From Neoconidiobolus thromboides FSU 785 (lineage: Eukaryota; Fungi; Entomophthoromycota): a stretch of DNA of 64,000 nucleotides. A program made the translations under genes and the position numbers. Location: NCBI GenBank assembly GCA_025603075.1, contig MU626366.1, positions 10,492 through 74,491 of the forward strand. The letters run 5' to 3'. The stretch's first letter is position 1. The number at the start of each line of letters is the position of its first letter. Under the pieces are notes generated by a model. That model was not told where the DNA came from. It did not search any database and saw nothing but the letters and a program-made list of their open reading frames with translations. Positions 18,176 to 30,689 of this stretch are shown here, piece by piece.

Positions 18176-18686
18176 TAAATAAGAAATTAGTTATACTGCT
18201 AAATATCACACTATTATAATATGTGGATGTTCTTTACCTATTACTCTTTGCTATTTTTTTAAAACTTAGATATTAATTAACTAATGCAACTATTTAAGTT
18301 TAAATATGCACTGTTAATGAAGAATTTTATAAGCAATCATTTGTTCTATCATGATGTTAATTTGAGACTTGTTAATTTTAAATTTAAATTTAAAATAAAC
18401 AATTAACTAATATACATCCAAGCTTGAACAATGTATTGGTTAATTTCTAAAATTAGAAAATAGAAAAAACATCCTGATATGCTATTCCTCACATTTAAAT
18501 ATTAATCGCATCTTTGATTATGTTACTATTGATGTATTTACATTTTGTGACTATAAATAGGCTTTAATATTTGATTAAAATTCAAATTATTTTGCATGGA
18601 TTTAAGTTCAACTTTAAGTCTAAATCAAAACCATGAATTATTAAAATGAAACTTTTAACTTATTAAAATCTAACTTTATCTTTGAA

Positions 18687-20606
18687 ATGGGTAAATGGAC
18701 TGATAAACTATATATAACTCATAGTGAATGGGCAAATGAATATGGGGGAAGTTCCTTTGGTGGGTTAAAAAAGAAAAAGCAAGAGATAGGGTTTAAAAGG
18801 TTACCATTTTATTGTTGCGCAATTTCATTACAACCCTTTGAAACTCCATACGCTACACCTGAAGGACATGTATTTGATTTAGAAAATATAGTTCCCTATT
18901 TAAAAGAGTTTGGTACCAATCCAATTACAGGGAATAAGTTAGAAGCTAAAGATCTATTCCCATTAGAGTTTCATAAGAATAATGAAGGTAAGATGGAAAT
19001 AAGAAACTAAATAGCAATTTTTTAAGGTATTCGATTAGGGAAATATTGCTGCCCTGTAACTTACAAAATATTCACAGATCATACGCATATTGTAGCTAAT
19101 AAGGTATCTGGCCAAGTTTATGCGTATGAAACGATCGAAAAACTAAACTTTAAAGAAAAACTATTCAAAGATCTTGTTACAGATCAAGACTTTAAAAAAG
19201 CAGATATTATTACATTACAGGATCCTCATAATGTAGAAAACAGAAACCTAAATAATTTCAAGCACATAAAAAATGCACTTAAAGGTATAAATAATTATTT
19301 ATTTATTTCATTAGTTATTAATTTAGAATAGTTCCCATTAAAGATAATTCTTCTTCTATCAACTTATCAAGCTCAGCTAAAAGAATATTAGCCGATGCTA
19401 ATAAGACTACTGAGCCTTTAAAGAAGGTATTGTGTTTTTTCTTTATATATTATGTAACTAATTCATTCATAGAAAATGATGCAAAGTGAAATAGAACTTA
19501 AAGAAAAAGAAAAGACTGATATGACTAGCAAGTCTGATAACGCAACCAGACATTCACAAGGGAGAGTAGCAGCCTCTTTTACTTCAATGGGCATGACCCC
19601 GGTTACTGTCAATGAAACAGCTTATTTAAGTAACGAACAGCTGATGTTTCAAAAGATTAAAAGCAAAGGGTATTGTTCTATTACAACAAATTATGGTGAT
19701 ATAAATTTAGAGCTTCACTGTGATATTGTAAGTCACTATTAATAACTTGACTTTATATTAACTGTTTTAGACACCAAAAACATGCTATAATTTTATAATG
19801 TTAGCTAAGAAAGGGTATTATGATGGTGTATCCTTTCATCGTTTGATTTCTAACTTCATGGTAATGGATAATAATTTAATTTCTGTAATTTTCTGATTTA
19901 TTTTAGATTCAAGGTGGTGATCCTAGCGGAACTGGTAAAGGTGGGGAATCGTATTGGAAAGAGGATTTCGAAGATGAACTTAAAAATAAACTCTCACATG
20001 ATTCAAGGGGAATATTAGCAATGGCCAATAAAGGGAAAAACACTAATAACTCACAATTGTAAGTATAATGTAATTTATGAATATAGTACCGATGCTGATA
20101 TTAGTTCTATTTTAGTTATATTACTTTTAGAGCATGTTCTCATCTTGATGGCAAGCATACAATCTTTGGGAAAGTGGTAGGCGGAAAGCCAGTATTAGAC
20201 GCTTTAGAACGTATTGAAACTGATCAAAAAGATAAGCCAAGGCATAAAATAACTATTGAAAAAATCAAAGTATTTGTTAATCCTTTTGATGAGCATCAAA
20301 AAAATGAACAAGAAAGGGAAAAAATGGAACAGGAAAGGCAGCAAATCGTTCAAAAGAAGAAAGAAGATGTAATATATTACTTCATTTTTAATAAATTATT
20401 AATATGTGATTTAGGACTCTACAACTGTATTTGGTACTAAATTAACTGGATCCAAAAGTATTAAAGAGTCAACTAAGCATATTGGTAAATATCTAAACAA
20501 GGAATCTATTACTGCTCAAATTAAACAAGAAAACAAAAATAACACTAAAGCCACTATGACATCAACCAAAAAGAGTGGTAATTACGGAAATTTCGATAAA
20601 TTCTAA
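18687..20606 (+). CDS. PPIL2: U-box cyclophilin PPIL2/Cyp60, multi-exon
   Basis: [44 protein letters not shown], and a cyclophilin domain ([43 protein letters not shown]). Confidence 0.93.
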
Positions 20607-20729
20607 TAAAGTTGTTTAAATTAAAATTTATTTCCTTTAAATCGATCTGATAAAGCGATTTTTAAGCATAATATTTATGATTATATTATAAAGTTCTGTG
20701 ATTGAAAAACTAAATACTTTTTGATTAAA

Positions 20730-21580
20730 ATGAAAATTATAAAAAATATAGTCATTAATAAAACTTTTACGAGGGGTATCAGACATAGTCCCATTTTTAA
20801 CAAACAGTGTATAAGTTGTTTAATGAAAATTGAAGACGAAATAGTTAATTGTATAAATGAAAAATGCTCTCAATTACAACCAATTCCAAGTGAAGTAAAT
20901 TATTTTAAACTACTTGAAAGGTATATTTATATTTATAATTATAAATTAATTTGTTAACTGTACAACCCATTTTAAAATTCAGTCCACAGAAATTTAACAT
21001 AAACTTAAATGATTTAAAGAAAAAATATTATAAAATTCAAAATGCTTATCACCCAGATAAGTTGATTTCAATGGATGATGTATTACTTTAATTATTGTAG
21101 TTTTTGTATTAATCGTTATGTTTTAGAAACTAAAAGCAATATTTGAAAATTCGAGTATGGTGATTAATCAAGCTTATGATAATTTAAAAGAGCCTTTGAA
21201 AAGAGCTGAATATATGGTAACAAAGTGCTAAAATTAAAATAATAACTAAAATTAAAATGATTTAAAGCTGAGGTTGCAAGGAAAAGAATTAAAAGAAGAA
21301 GAAAGTATCGAAAATCAACAGATATTATTTAACATTATGGAATTAAATGAAAGGTTGGAAGATAGTCAAGATAAAAATGAAACTGAGACTATCGTTTTAG
21401 AAGTAAAAGGTAAATATATTTGTATTAACTATTATTAGTTAATATTTTTTAGAGCATTTAAAAGATCTTGAAACAAAGTTAAATATAGCATTTGATAACA
21501 ATGATATAAAAGCGGCTTATGACCTAGTATTGGAATATCGATATTATTTTAAATGCCTCAAACGAGCAAAGCATCTTTAA
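20730..21580 (+). CDS. HSC20: Fe-S cluster co-chaperone HscB/HSC20/Jac1, 5 exons
   Basis: Presequence-like N-terminus, CISC...CINEKC..LQP..VNYF, J-domain HPDK, INQAYDNLKEPLKRAEY and C-terminal IMELNERLE. Confidence 0.88.
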
Positions 21581-21645
21581 GATTTAAAATAAAATAATAA
21601 AGAAAAAAGAATCAAAATTTGGGGCGTTTAGTTTTTACTATTTAT

Positions 21646-23164
21646 TTATGATTTAATTTTTTCTATTTCATTATAAGAAGATAGTAATTTGTCTAAATCA
21701 GTACATTTTCCTTGCCATTTCATATCTCCTGTCATTGCTCCTTTTTTAGGCACATTTTCAATTAATTTCAATACATGTGAAATCATATCAGTATTTCCAA
21801 GGATCATTAAAGGACCAGATTTAGAGCCGCCGGATACTAAAACTAATTTATTATTATCATGTAAGTCCTGTAATTTAGCCTGGAATTCCGATTTGATGAT
21901 TTTAATAAAGTCCATTTCAGTATAAGGATGGTGACAGCAAACTATATCACTATGACTTAATCTATTAATTATGTCATTCTTGTAATTTAAAGTCAACTCT
22001 AAATTCATGTTTTTTAGCTGTTTATTCATATCTTTGTTTGCTTGAATTGTTTGTTCTGCTTTGGCAGCTAATAGCTCTGGTTTAGCATTTAAAGTTGATA
22101 CTAATTTTTGTTCCCTTTTTGATATATCTGCATAATGATCTAAAACTCTTTGGCCTACTATAAAGTTCAATCGAACATTATCACTGCCCTGTCTATCTAC
22201 GTTTAATAATTTTATAACCTAAAAGTTAAATTATTAAACCATTGCAAAAATAGGTATATACTTACTTGTAATTCGCTTGTGTTCTTTACATGAGTTCCAC
22301 AACAACTAATAAGTTTAAGTATTGTTTAATTTAGATCAAAATAAAGATTACGGATTAACATCTATATCGTCAATAATGATCTCTCTAATTATCCCTTGAC
22401 CATAATCATCAGGTAAAGAGGTTGGCCTTTTTACATTAGGATCTCCTAAATCATAAGACTTGACAGTAACTGGGATAGCTTCTCTAATCTTTTCGCTACA
22501 CAATTTTTCTACATGTTCGATTATCTCTTTGGTTAACTCGCTTTCTTTTATAGGTAGCTGAATGTAGTTTTTTAAAGATCCCATATACCTATAGACGTAT
22601 TTTTATAAACAATATTTATAAGAAATAATGTTATTACCATGAGGTTGTATCTAAATTGTAATGTTTTTCGAAAATAGCTGACAATAGATGCTGACCTTAA
22701 CATAAAATAATAAGTTAAAAATTTATAGGTAAAAAATAGCTTACCAGAGTGTTGTTGCATATGGTCGAATCTTCTATTAAAATCCAAAATTATTTTTACT
22801 TCTTCTCCAATTTCCAATGGGTTTTCTAATACATGTACACATTTTAATCCTTTTCTTAACACCTTGATTACTTTTTTATCATTGATTGTACCTAAATCCC
22901 AAGGCTATATAATTGTAACTAAAAGTTTTAAATACATAAAGCTAATTTACTTGTCCTCCACCTTCTGGAAATAAAACTAGAACAGTAAATAAAAATCAAT
23001 GATTCTATAATATTATTTAACTTACTTGTATCAAATAGTTCCACTTCATAATGCTTTCCAACTTTTTCACAATTAGCTACTTTGCTGCAATATTCCTTTA
23101 CATAAGGCTCAAGCTGACATTTTAATTCTCCTACTCTTTTTACACTTTCTTCCAATCCCATCAT
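21646..23164 (-). CDS. AARSD1: Alanyl-tRNA editing protein AlaX (AARSD1-like), multi-exon
   Basis: ELFDT|ILFPEGGGQ, Zn motif RRFDHMQQHSG|QHLLSA and NP|CCGTH after splicing. Confidence 0.88.
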
Positions 23165-23379
23165 TTGTTTATATTAAAATTTACAAAAATTGAATCTTTA
23201 TTATTTTTATGCTATTCTTTTAATGAGCTTAATTTTTCTGTCATTGACTAGAACCTACTATTAGTATGACTAATACACTCTTTAAATGTATAGATACTCT
23301 TTTTGTAAATATAATAGAATCATTTAACTAATAGAAGCGATATTAAGATAAATACTAATCTTAGACAGTAAATAGATCT

Positions 23380-23486
23380 ATTTGGGAGTGCTTTTTTTTA
23401 CTCCATTATTTTTTCATTTTTTTAGCGCTATTTAAGCGGAAAATTTGTTAGTAAAATTCCTAGACACAAAAAATACATCCCCATTT
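23380..23486 (-). mobile_element. Foldback repeat, copy 2
   Basis: Reverse complement matches the consensus, including TACTAAC, AAATAGCGCT and CACTCCC. Confidence 0.85.
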
Positions 23487-23892
23487 AATATAGATGATAT
23501 CAAGAAATTTAAGCTAAATGTAATGTTACATAGAAAGGTAATATAGTTAAGTTACTAATAGGTTGAATTTGATATTTAAACTTTTTCCAAAAAACCGAAA
23601 TAAATACTGTTTTGCACTGGAGTTGGTATATTAGATATACATACTTTAATTTTAAATATTTGATGTGCATTTAATATTTATGTAAAGATCAACCAGAATA
23701 AAATGTATTTCATTTTAAAAAATTAATAATTCATTTATAAAACTTTAAACTATAATCTTTAATAAACATTAATATTTAAGTATTACAATTGCTTACTTGT
23801 TTATAAATATAGAATTTTTATTTCAAACATATATACAAGCAAATACATAATAACCTGATTAACATTATTAAATTCAACAATAGTCAGATTAC

Positions 23893-23994
23893 ATATGGGG
23901 ATGCATTTTTATGTTTAAGAATTTTACTAACAAATTTTCCGCTTAAATAGCGCTAAAAAAATGGAAAAAATAATGAAAAAAAACACTCCCATAT
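23893..23994 (+). mobile_element. Foldback repeat, copy 3
   Basis: ATATGGGGATGC...TACTAAC...AAATAGCGCT...CACTCCCATAT. Confidence 0.88.
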
Positions 23995-25174
23995 ATAACG
24001 AAATTTTATGAAAATAAACATCAATTTAAAAGTAATTAAAGCAAGCATTTGTTGATAGTTTCGTAATGGTATATAGTAGTAGTTTAATGGCAACTAAGAA
24101 ATAACAAGCTATCTCCTAACCCTGATGTTTTGATAAATGTTTTCTATATTCTAAAAATATAACATGCATATTAGCATTAATTAATTTTATTACTTAAAGA
24201 GAATTATATTATAGAAGATATTATTCAAATGAATTTTTTTTATTAGCTTTGGTTCTTAGCTTTTATCACAACATAGCTTATTTATAAAACTTTAATAAAT
24301 AAGATAGTTTAGATCCAAGATTCAATTTTCTTCTAACACTAATCTGCAAGTTTTTGCAAATTAAGCATAAAAATATAAAGCTGTATATTTATTTAACAAA
24401 TCAAATAATGTTTTTTTGTACCGATATTTTGTTAGCATATTTTTAAATTTTACGTTGAATAAAAAGTAAACAAATCAATAAAGTAAAGGAATACTCCAAT
24501 ATAGACTTTCTAAAGTTAACTTACCTTAGTCAAATTAGAGAACTTAATTTTTAACTTTAGTCAGTTTTTGAACTTAGATTTAATGAATACTTTGTTTAAA
24601 GGCATGTTGATACAATTTTAAAATTAATACTATTTATGATACTTTAAAATAACATTTTAAATGTAATATGCTTAGAATATCGAGCAGATGCTTATTGTAT
24701 AGAGATAAGTTGATTGATTTCGCTTTTACTACACTTGGCTGCTCTTCAATTCATATTTCAAATTATACTATTTTCATAACAAGTAATAGGTTCAGTTGAT
24801 TAAATTTCATGAGGCCTTTACCTGGGTAGAATTGTGGTGTTAAATTCACGAATTTAATTTTTCTTTTTAAACCTTGAAAGATATCAGGAACTCAAACGTT
24901 TTTATTAAAGTGAATCTAGTAAGTTTAATAATAAAAAAAGAGTGGGTTTTTACTAAAGTAATAGTTATCTTCTGGATTTTAAATTCATGGATTATATTTT
25001 ATAAAAAAATAAACTTACTATAGAGGCTAATATCGTTACTTTATGTAGTAATCTTATTTAAAAATGAGTTTATTTATTTATATAGTAAATTTACATTGGT
25101 GTTAAAGAATATATTATTATTATTACGATGTATATATAATAAACAGTAAATCTTTCAAATTTCAAAGCTCAACC

Positions 25175-26143
25175 ATGGTTGAAATCAAAAAGGCGTTATC
25201 TTTCATAAGTTTATTTACTATAGTTACAAGTTTATTTTGTCCAACTAAGGACTACTGCCAAGTTCATATATTCGGTGATAGTTTAAGTGACTACAGTAAC
25301 TTATATGCGTATACCAACAACACATTACCTGATAATAGATATTACTTTAATGGGAGATATAGTAATGGACGTACTTGGGTAGAATACTTGACAGAAAGTA
25401 TGAAAGTAAAGAAAGTACAAAATTTTGCTTACGCCGGTGCCACTTCAGACAACGTTGAATTTGAACCTAAGTTAGTCAAAGGTGGAGTTCCAGGAGCTAT
25501 TCAACAAGTAGAAAATTATAATAAATATTATGACCAAAAAGAAAAATATAATATATTCCGTTGCAGAAAATCACTAATAGTGTTTGCATTTGGTGGTAAC
25601 GACTTTGACTTACCAAATTCCTCTCCACAAAAAATGATGGATAATTTAGATAAAGCTTTAACTACATTGATTGAAAAGAATGGCTTAACCGATTTCTTAC
25701 TTATGGTAGGCTCACCATTAGATTATGCCCCAAAAATCAAGTTATTACCAAAACCATATCAAGAACAAATCACCAAGGTTGCCGTAGGACTCGAATATAT
25801 TTGGAATCAATTAATTACTAAATATAAATCAAAATATAACAATTTAAATATATATACTTTTAATTCAAGGAGTAAGCCATTTATTATATTTTAAGTATGT
25901 TTATTAATATTATCAGGTTATGTTGCCGATCTTATTAACGGTGCATATATATTGAATAATGTGACTAAGTGGGAAACTGAGATTGGTTGCTTACAGAGAA
26001 AATTTGTTAATGGTACTATTTCCAGTGATACTATACGCTGCAGTGATCCAAATAACTTCATTTTTTGGGATGAATTACATCCAACTACTCAGGTTCATAA
26101 ATACGTCGCTGATCAAATCTTTACTAAAGTTTTAATTAATTAA
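25175..26143 (+). CDS. Secreted GDSL/SGNH esterase-lipase, paralog 1, 2 exons
   Basis: Signal peptide, FGDSLSD, GRYSNG, FAYAGATS, FGGND and WDELHPT; intron 25872-25916. Confidence 0.9.
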
Positions 26144-26331
26144 GGATATTAAATGAATTAACTATAAATTTAGTTTTTATAATTTTAATACAAATAGTCT
26201 ATCTATGAAATCAATCTAATAAAAAAATGTTAAATATTATTTATTATCTGACATGTGTTAACTTTATGGCTTTTAAATATAATAAATTAAATTTATTAAA
26301 AATCAAGATTCTAATAAGTTCGTAAAATATT

Positions 26332-26439
26332 ATGTGGGGATATATTTTTTTGTTTAGGAATTTACTAACAACCTTTCTGCTCAAATAGCGTTTAAAAGAT
26401 GTAAAAAGTAATGAAATAAATAAAAAAACACCACCATAT
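26332..26439 (+). mobile_element. Foldback repeat, copy 4
   Basis: GTGGGGATAT...TACTAAC...CAAATAGCG...ACACCACCATAT. Confidence 0.8.
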
Positions 26440-27068
26440 ATACAATAATTGGACCAATATAAATAAATGTATCAAAATTATTTAGCATACAAATAGAAGA
26501 AAATAACTTTAATATAAAGGTAAAAACATTATACCTACATAACCAGATAGATTTAATTCATAGTAAACCATTTTTATAGTATAGATGGTCATAAGTTTAA
26601 TAATATAAGTTAGATATTTCTTAAATAGCTAGTATAGTTCTATTGAGACTAGAATGCTAGTTGTTATGGGTTTGAATTAATTTAAATATGGACAACGATT
26701 GAATAAAATATAACTTATACCAGCGGTAGACTTCATAGCCTCATTGATTCTTCCAATTTGTTCTATTAGGTCACTTGATGTCTATCGATTTTAATGCTCA
26801 AACCTATATCAGATATCAAATCTTGATTTATGAAGACTTTGTAACATTATGGGATGTTTAAATCTATTATTTTGGTTTTTGTATTATCAATCAGTGCCCT
26901 TTGAATAAAATTATGTTAGTATCTGAGTATGATATTTGATGCTTTTGTATGAATTTAAGTGATAAAGTTTTTAAACTGAGTGAGGAATTAAATGATTCTA
27001 AGATTTATCTAATTTTATTAGATATTATAGAGATTGTTTAATCCAATATATTTAAAATAATAACTAAT

Positions 27069-27174
27069 ATATGGGGATGTATTTTTGTGTTTAAGAATTT
27101 TTCTGATAATTTTTCCACTTAAATAGCGCTTAAAAGATGGAAAAAGTAATGAAGCCAAAAAAACACCCCCATAT
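27069..27174 (+). mobile_element. Foldback repeat, copy 5
   Basis: TATATGGGG...CCCCATATA perfect terminal inverted match. Confidence 0.9.
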
Positions 27175-27335
27175 ACTAAATTACTAAACTGAAAATAAAG
27201 ACTAATATCCTAAAACTACATTATGCTATAGATAAAATATAGATAAAATATAGATGCTATTATTAGAAAACCAATGCTTTGTAAAAAATAACAGATACCA
27301 TAACTTTTATTAAAACCAAAATAAAGTAGTTGTTT

Positions 27336-27439
27336 ATTTGAGGATGTATTTTTTTGCCTAAGGATTTCACTAACAATTTTTCCGCTCAAATAGCGCTTAA
27401 AAAGGTAAAAGTAATGAAACCAAAAAAACATCCCCATTT
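27336..27439 (+). mobile_element. Foldback repeat, copy 6
   Basis: TGAGGATGTATTTTTTTG...CACTAAC...CAAATAGCGCT...ACATCCCCATT. Confidence 0.85.
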
Positions 27440-27545
27440 GTTCAAACACTAAAGTGAGAAACAAACTTGTATAAGCCATAAAGTCCTAAAGTGGATGTTC
27501 TAATTTCAGAGTTAAGTTTCTAAGATATAACTTACATTATAAAAT

Positions 27546-27615
27546 AAATATGGAATGTGATGTCTACTATTATTATTTATAAATATGGAATGTGATGTCT
27601 ACTATTATTATTTAT
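27546..27615. repeat. Perfect 35-bp tandem duplication
   Basis: AAATATGGAATGTGATGTCTACTATTATTATTTAT x2. Confidence 0.95.
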
Positions 27616-28080
27616 GAATCTGTTATTCATAAGTCGAAATACAATGCTGTTTTATCACTTAAGTGAAAGCTTACGATTAGGCTATCAAATGTTTTTGATG
27701 TTATCAGAATAAGAGCTCACCATAATTTCTCAACTAAATGTACTTTTTAGTTAATTTAATAATAGTAAGAATGATAATGTCCTATTTGGATGGAATGTTC
27801 TTTTATTCTTTAATTTAAATTTCAAAAGAACATAAAATAGTATATTTGCTATAAATACATAAGCTATTAAACAACAATATTATTACACTCATATAATATT
27901 CCATTACAATAGTTTAATTTCATCCTTTTGACATGTTTTGTAAGATGCTTGAAAGTTGATATATAAGATATAAACAAATATTCTACTTTAAATAAATCTA
28001 GTTATTAAACAGGATACTATATCGTAAATTGATTTGAGATAGAACATATATAGTGGAACTTATATTGTGTAATAGAATAG

Positions 28081-28100
28081 GTATAAATAGGTATAAATAG
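28081..28100 (+). promoter_or_regulatory. Doubled TATA-like element (GTATAAATAG x2) upstream of GDSL paralog 2
   Basis: Two direct 10-bp copies 57-77 bp before the ATG at 28158; weak evidence in such AT-rich DNA. Confidence 0.3.
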
Positions 28101-28157
28101 CTAAAAAATATTAAGTTTGTATTTAACTTTTCTATAATAATTTAATAATATCGGAAA

Positions 28158-29105
28158 ATGAAATATTTAAGTCTCTTAAGTGTTTTAGTAGCAAGTGGGC
28201 TATCCTTAAAGACTCCAGTTAAATATGACCAGCTGTATATCTTTGGTGATAGTTTAAGTGATTATGATAATTTGTATAAATTAAGTAATCACACCGCTCC
28301 GGATGGCAAATACTATTACCAAGGGAGATACAGTAATGGACCAACCTGGATAGAAAGGTTAAGCAAAAAATTATCTATCCCAAATGTCAAATCATTCGCT
28401 TATTCTGCAGCTACTTCAGATAACGTCGAATTCCCAGCTACCTTGGTGCCTGGTGGGGTTCCTGGTGCTATCCAACAAGCAGATCAGTTTGTAAAATATT
28501 ATGATGAACTTAGAAATAAAAGAAAGAAACCAAGGTATCCATTAGTGGCGTTTGCTTTTGGGGGCAATGATTTTCCATCTCCTGGTTCCAGTCCACAAAA
28601 AATGGTGGGGAATTTAGAAAAAAGTTTAACTAAAATAATTGATGAGTGTGAGTTAAAAAGTCTTTTAATCATGACCTCAACTCCTTTAGATCTATCTCCT
28701 GCTACTAAATCTCTTCCCAAGGAATATCAAGCCCAGCTTGAACAAATCACTAGACAAATAGGATCTCTTTGGAAAGAAACTATCAATAGATTGAGATTAT
28801 ATTATCCACATATTCGTATTCATACTTTTGACTCAAGAGGTAATAAGATTTAATGTTAAAATTACTATATTAATAAATTCTTAGATATCTTGTTACAAGC
28901 AATCAAGAAAAAGACATCTGAAGGAGCAAACACCAATGAGATAAATAGTCCATGCTTAACCAAAGCAGAAAACCCTGAGAAAAGTTTTATAGCTTACAAC
29001 GTGTGTAGTAACCCAGAGAAACATATTTTCTACGATTCAATTCATCCAACTTCTTACACTCATGAATACTTTGCTAATGACATTTATAATATGATGAAAA
29101 AATAA
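28158..29105 (+). CDS. Secreted GDSL/SGNH esterase-lipase, paralog 2, 2 exons
   Basis: Signal peptide, FGDSLSD, GRYSNG, FAYSAATS, FGGND and YDSIHPT; intron 28840-28884 at the same position and phase as in paralog 1. Confidence 0.9.
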
Positions 29106-29145
29106 AGATGTATGTTGTAATTAGTGCTACTTTGTATATTTTATA

Positions 29146-29250
29146 ATATGGGGATGTATTTTTGTATTTAAGAATTTTACTAACAATTTTTCCACTCAAA
29201 CAGCGCTTAAAAGATAGAAAAAATAATGAAGTCAAAAAACACTACCATAT
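29146..29250 (+). mobile_element. Foldback repeat, copy 7
   Basis: Close to consensus; lies 40 bp after the GDSL-2 stop codon. Confidence 0.88.
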
Positions 29251-29910
29251 GTTATTATTGAAGATTCTCTAATGAAAATATTTGTTTTAAATGTTCGATT
29301 TCACATTAAATCTGACCAAAGTTTATTAAAGACGATTTTACTTCATGAAAAGCTTCTATTTATACATCCCCTTAAAACATGAGAATAATAGAATTTTACT
29401 CTATTTATTTTAAACTCCTTAAATCTGCTGAAACTTTAAACAGCTAAAAACATAAAGGTTGTAAATTAAATACAAATAATAGACTTAAACAGAAAGTGAT
29501 ACTTTTCACATTTTTTGCTTGTCCAATCGACATCATATTGAAATACATGAAGGTCAATAAAATATGTAAACTATGTTTAGTGTTTTGACCCTTTTACTAT
29601 ATATCACTCATAGTTTAATATTTGCATTTATGAAATAATAAAACTTTAAAATAGGTAGATCATGGACTTTATCTATAAAGGTAATAAATTACTAAATATA
29701 TTAAGCTAATAAAGTAATGAATAAATATTTTAGTAGATTCAAATACTAATTAAGAGCTATTTTTGTAGCAACGCTGTAAGCCTTTGTATTGTTACCAACA
29801 GGAATAAAAAGCGTCAATATTAAGATACCTATAACCTAATAATTATCAAAGGCTGCTATTCTTATAAAACACGATATCATAAATAAAAGCAATGAAACCA
29901 AAATACAAAT

Positions 29911-30017
29911 ATATGGGAGTGTTTTTTTTGACTTCATTATTTTTTCCATTTTCTGAGCGCTATTTAAGCAGAAAATTTGTTAGTAAAATTCTTAAACACA
30001 AAAATACATCTCCATTA
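29911..30017 (-). mobile_element. Foldback repeat, copy 8
   Basis: Reverse complement matches the consensus, with the CACTCCCATAT end variant. Confidence 0.85.
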
Positions 30018-30689
30018 TAGTACGTTTTTGTGCACAAATGATTTTTATAAAAAGTTTAAAGCAAAATGAATAAATGGAATACAGTTAAATTTACAACTGG
30101 ACTGATTTTACTAAAAATAAATACACTAATCTAAAAAAATCCTAAAACTCAACACAATATAAAAACAAATATAAACACAAAGTAATAAATTGTGGTTTTT
30201 GGGTAGATAGATTTGACTGATATTGGGGTATTAGTTATTGCACTTATATGGTTCCTTTTTAATATATTATAGGCAATTTAAGTTTGGGATCAAATTTTTT
30301 AATTTATATAATATGTCCTATATCATAAAGTACAATATAGATAGAATTATGAAGCAATATATATTTTTAAATAGGGGATATTTAATAATTTTAATAATTT
30401 TATTTATTATGATTGAACTTTTTAATATATTATATCTTAGATTTATAGAATAATCCAATTAAATTCATGTATTTTCTGATTATGGAAATTGTAGCTTTCT
30501 ATAATTAATTAATTAATGTTCTATAAAAGCCCTATATTATCAAATATATCTTTAATTGAGAACTCCCAGATATTAATTCAGCATTTTAAACTATAACATC
30601 AAATCTATTTTCTATTCAATTAAGATTCGATTTGAATTTTCTATATTTTTATATTATTTAGTGTTAATCTATACCTGGATTGTATTAGA

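Noticed and set aside
23380-30017. CRISPR-like array interpretation of the recurring repeat
   Set aside because: Spacing is irregular (0.15 to >2 kb), both orientations occur, copies are diverged and ~105 bp long, the context is eukaryotic and there are no cas genes.
30238-30453. 71-aa hydrophobic ORF upstream of the Kelch gene
   Set aside because: Low-complexity AT-rich translation (I/Y/F/N/K), TTG start and no motifs; expected by chance.
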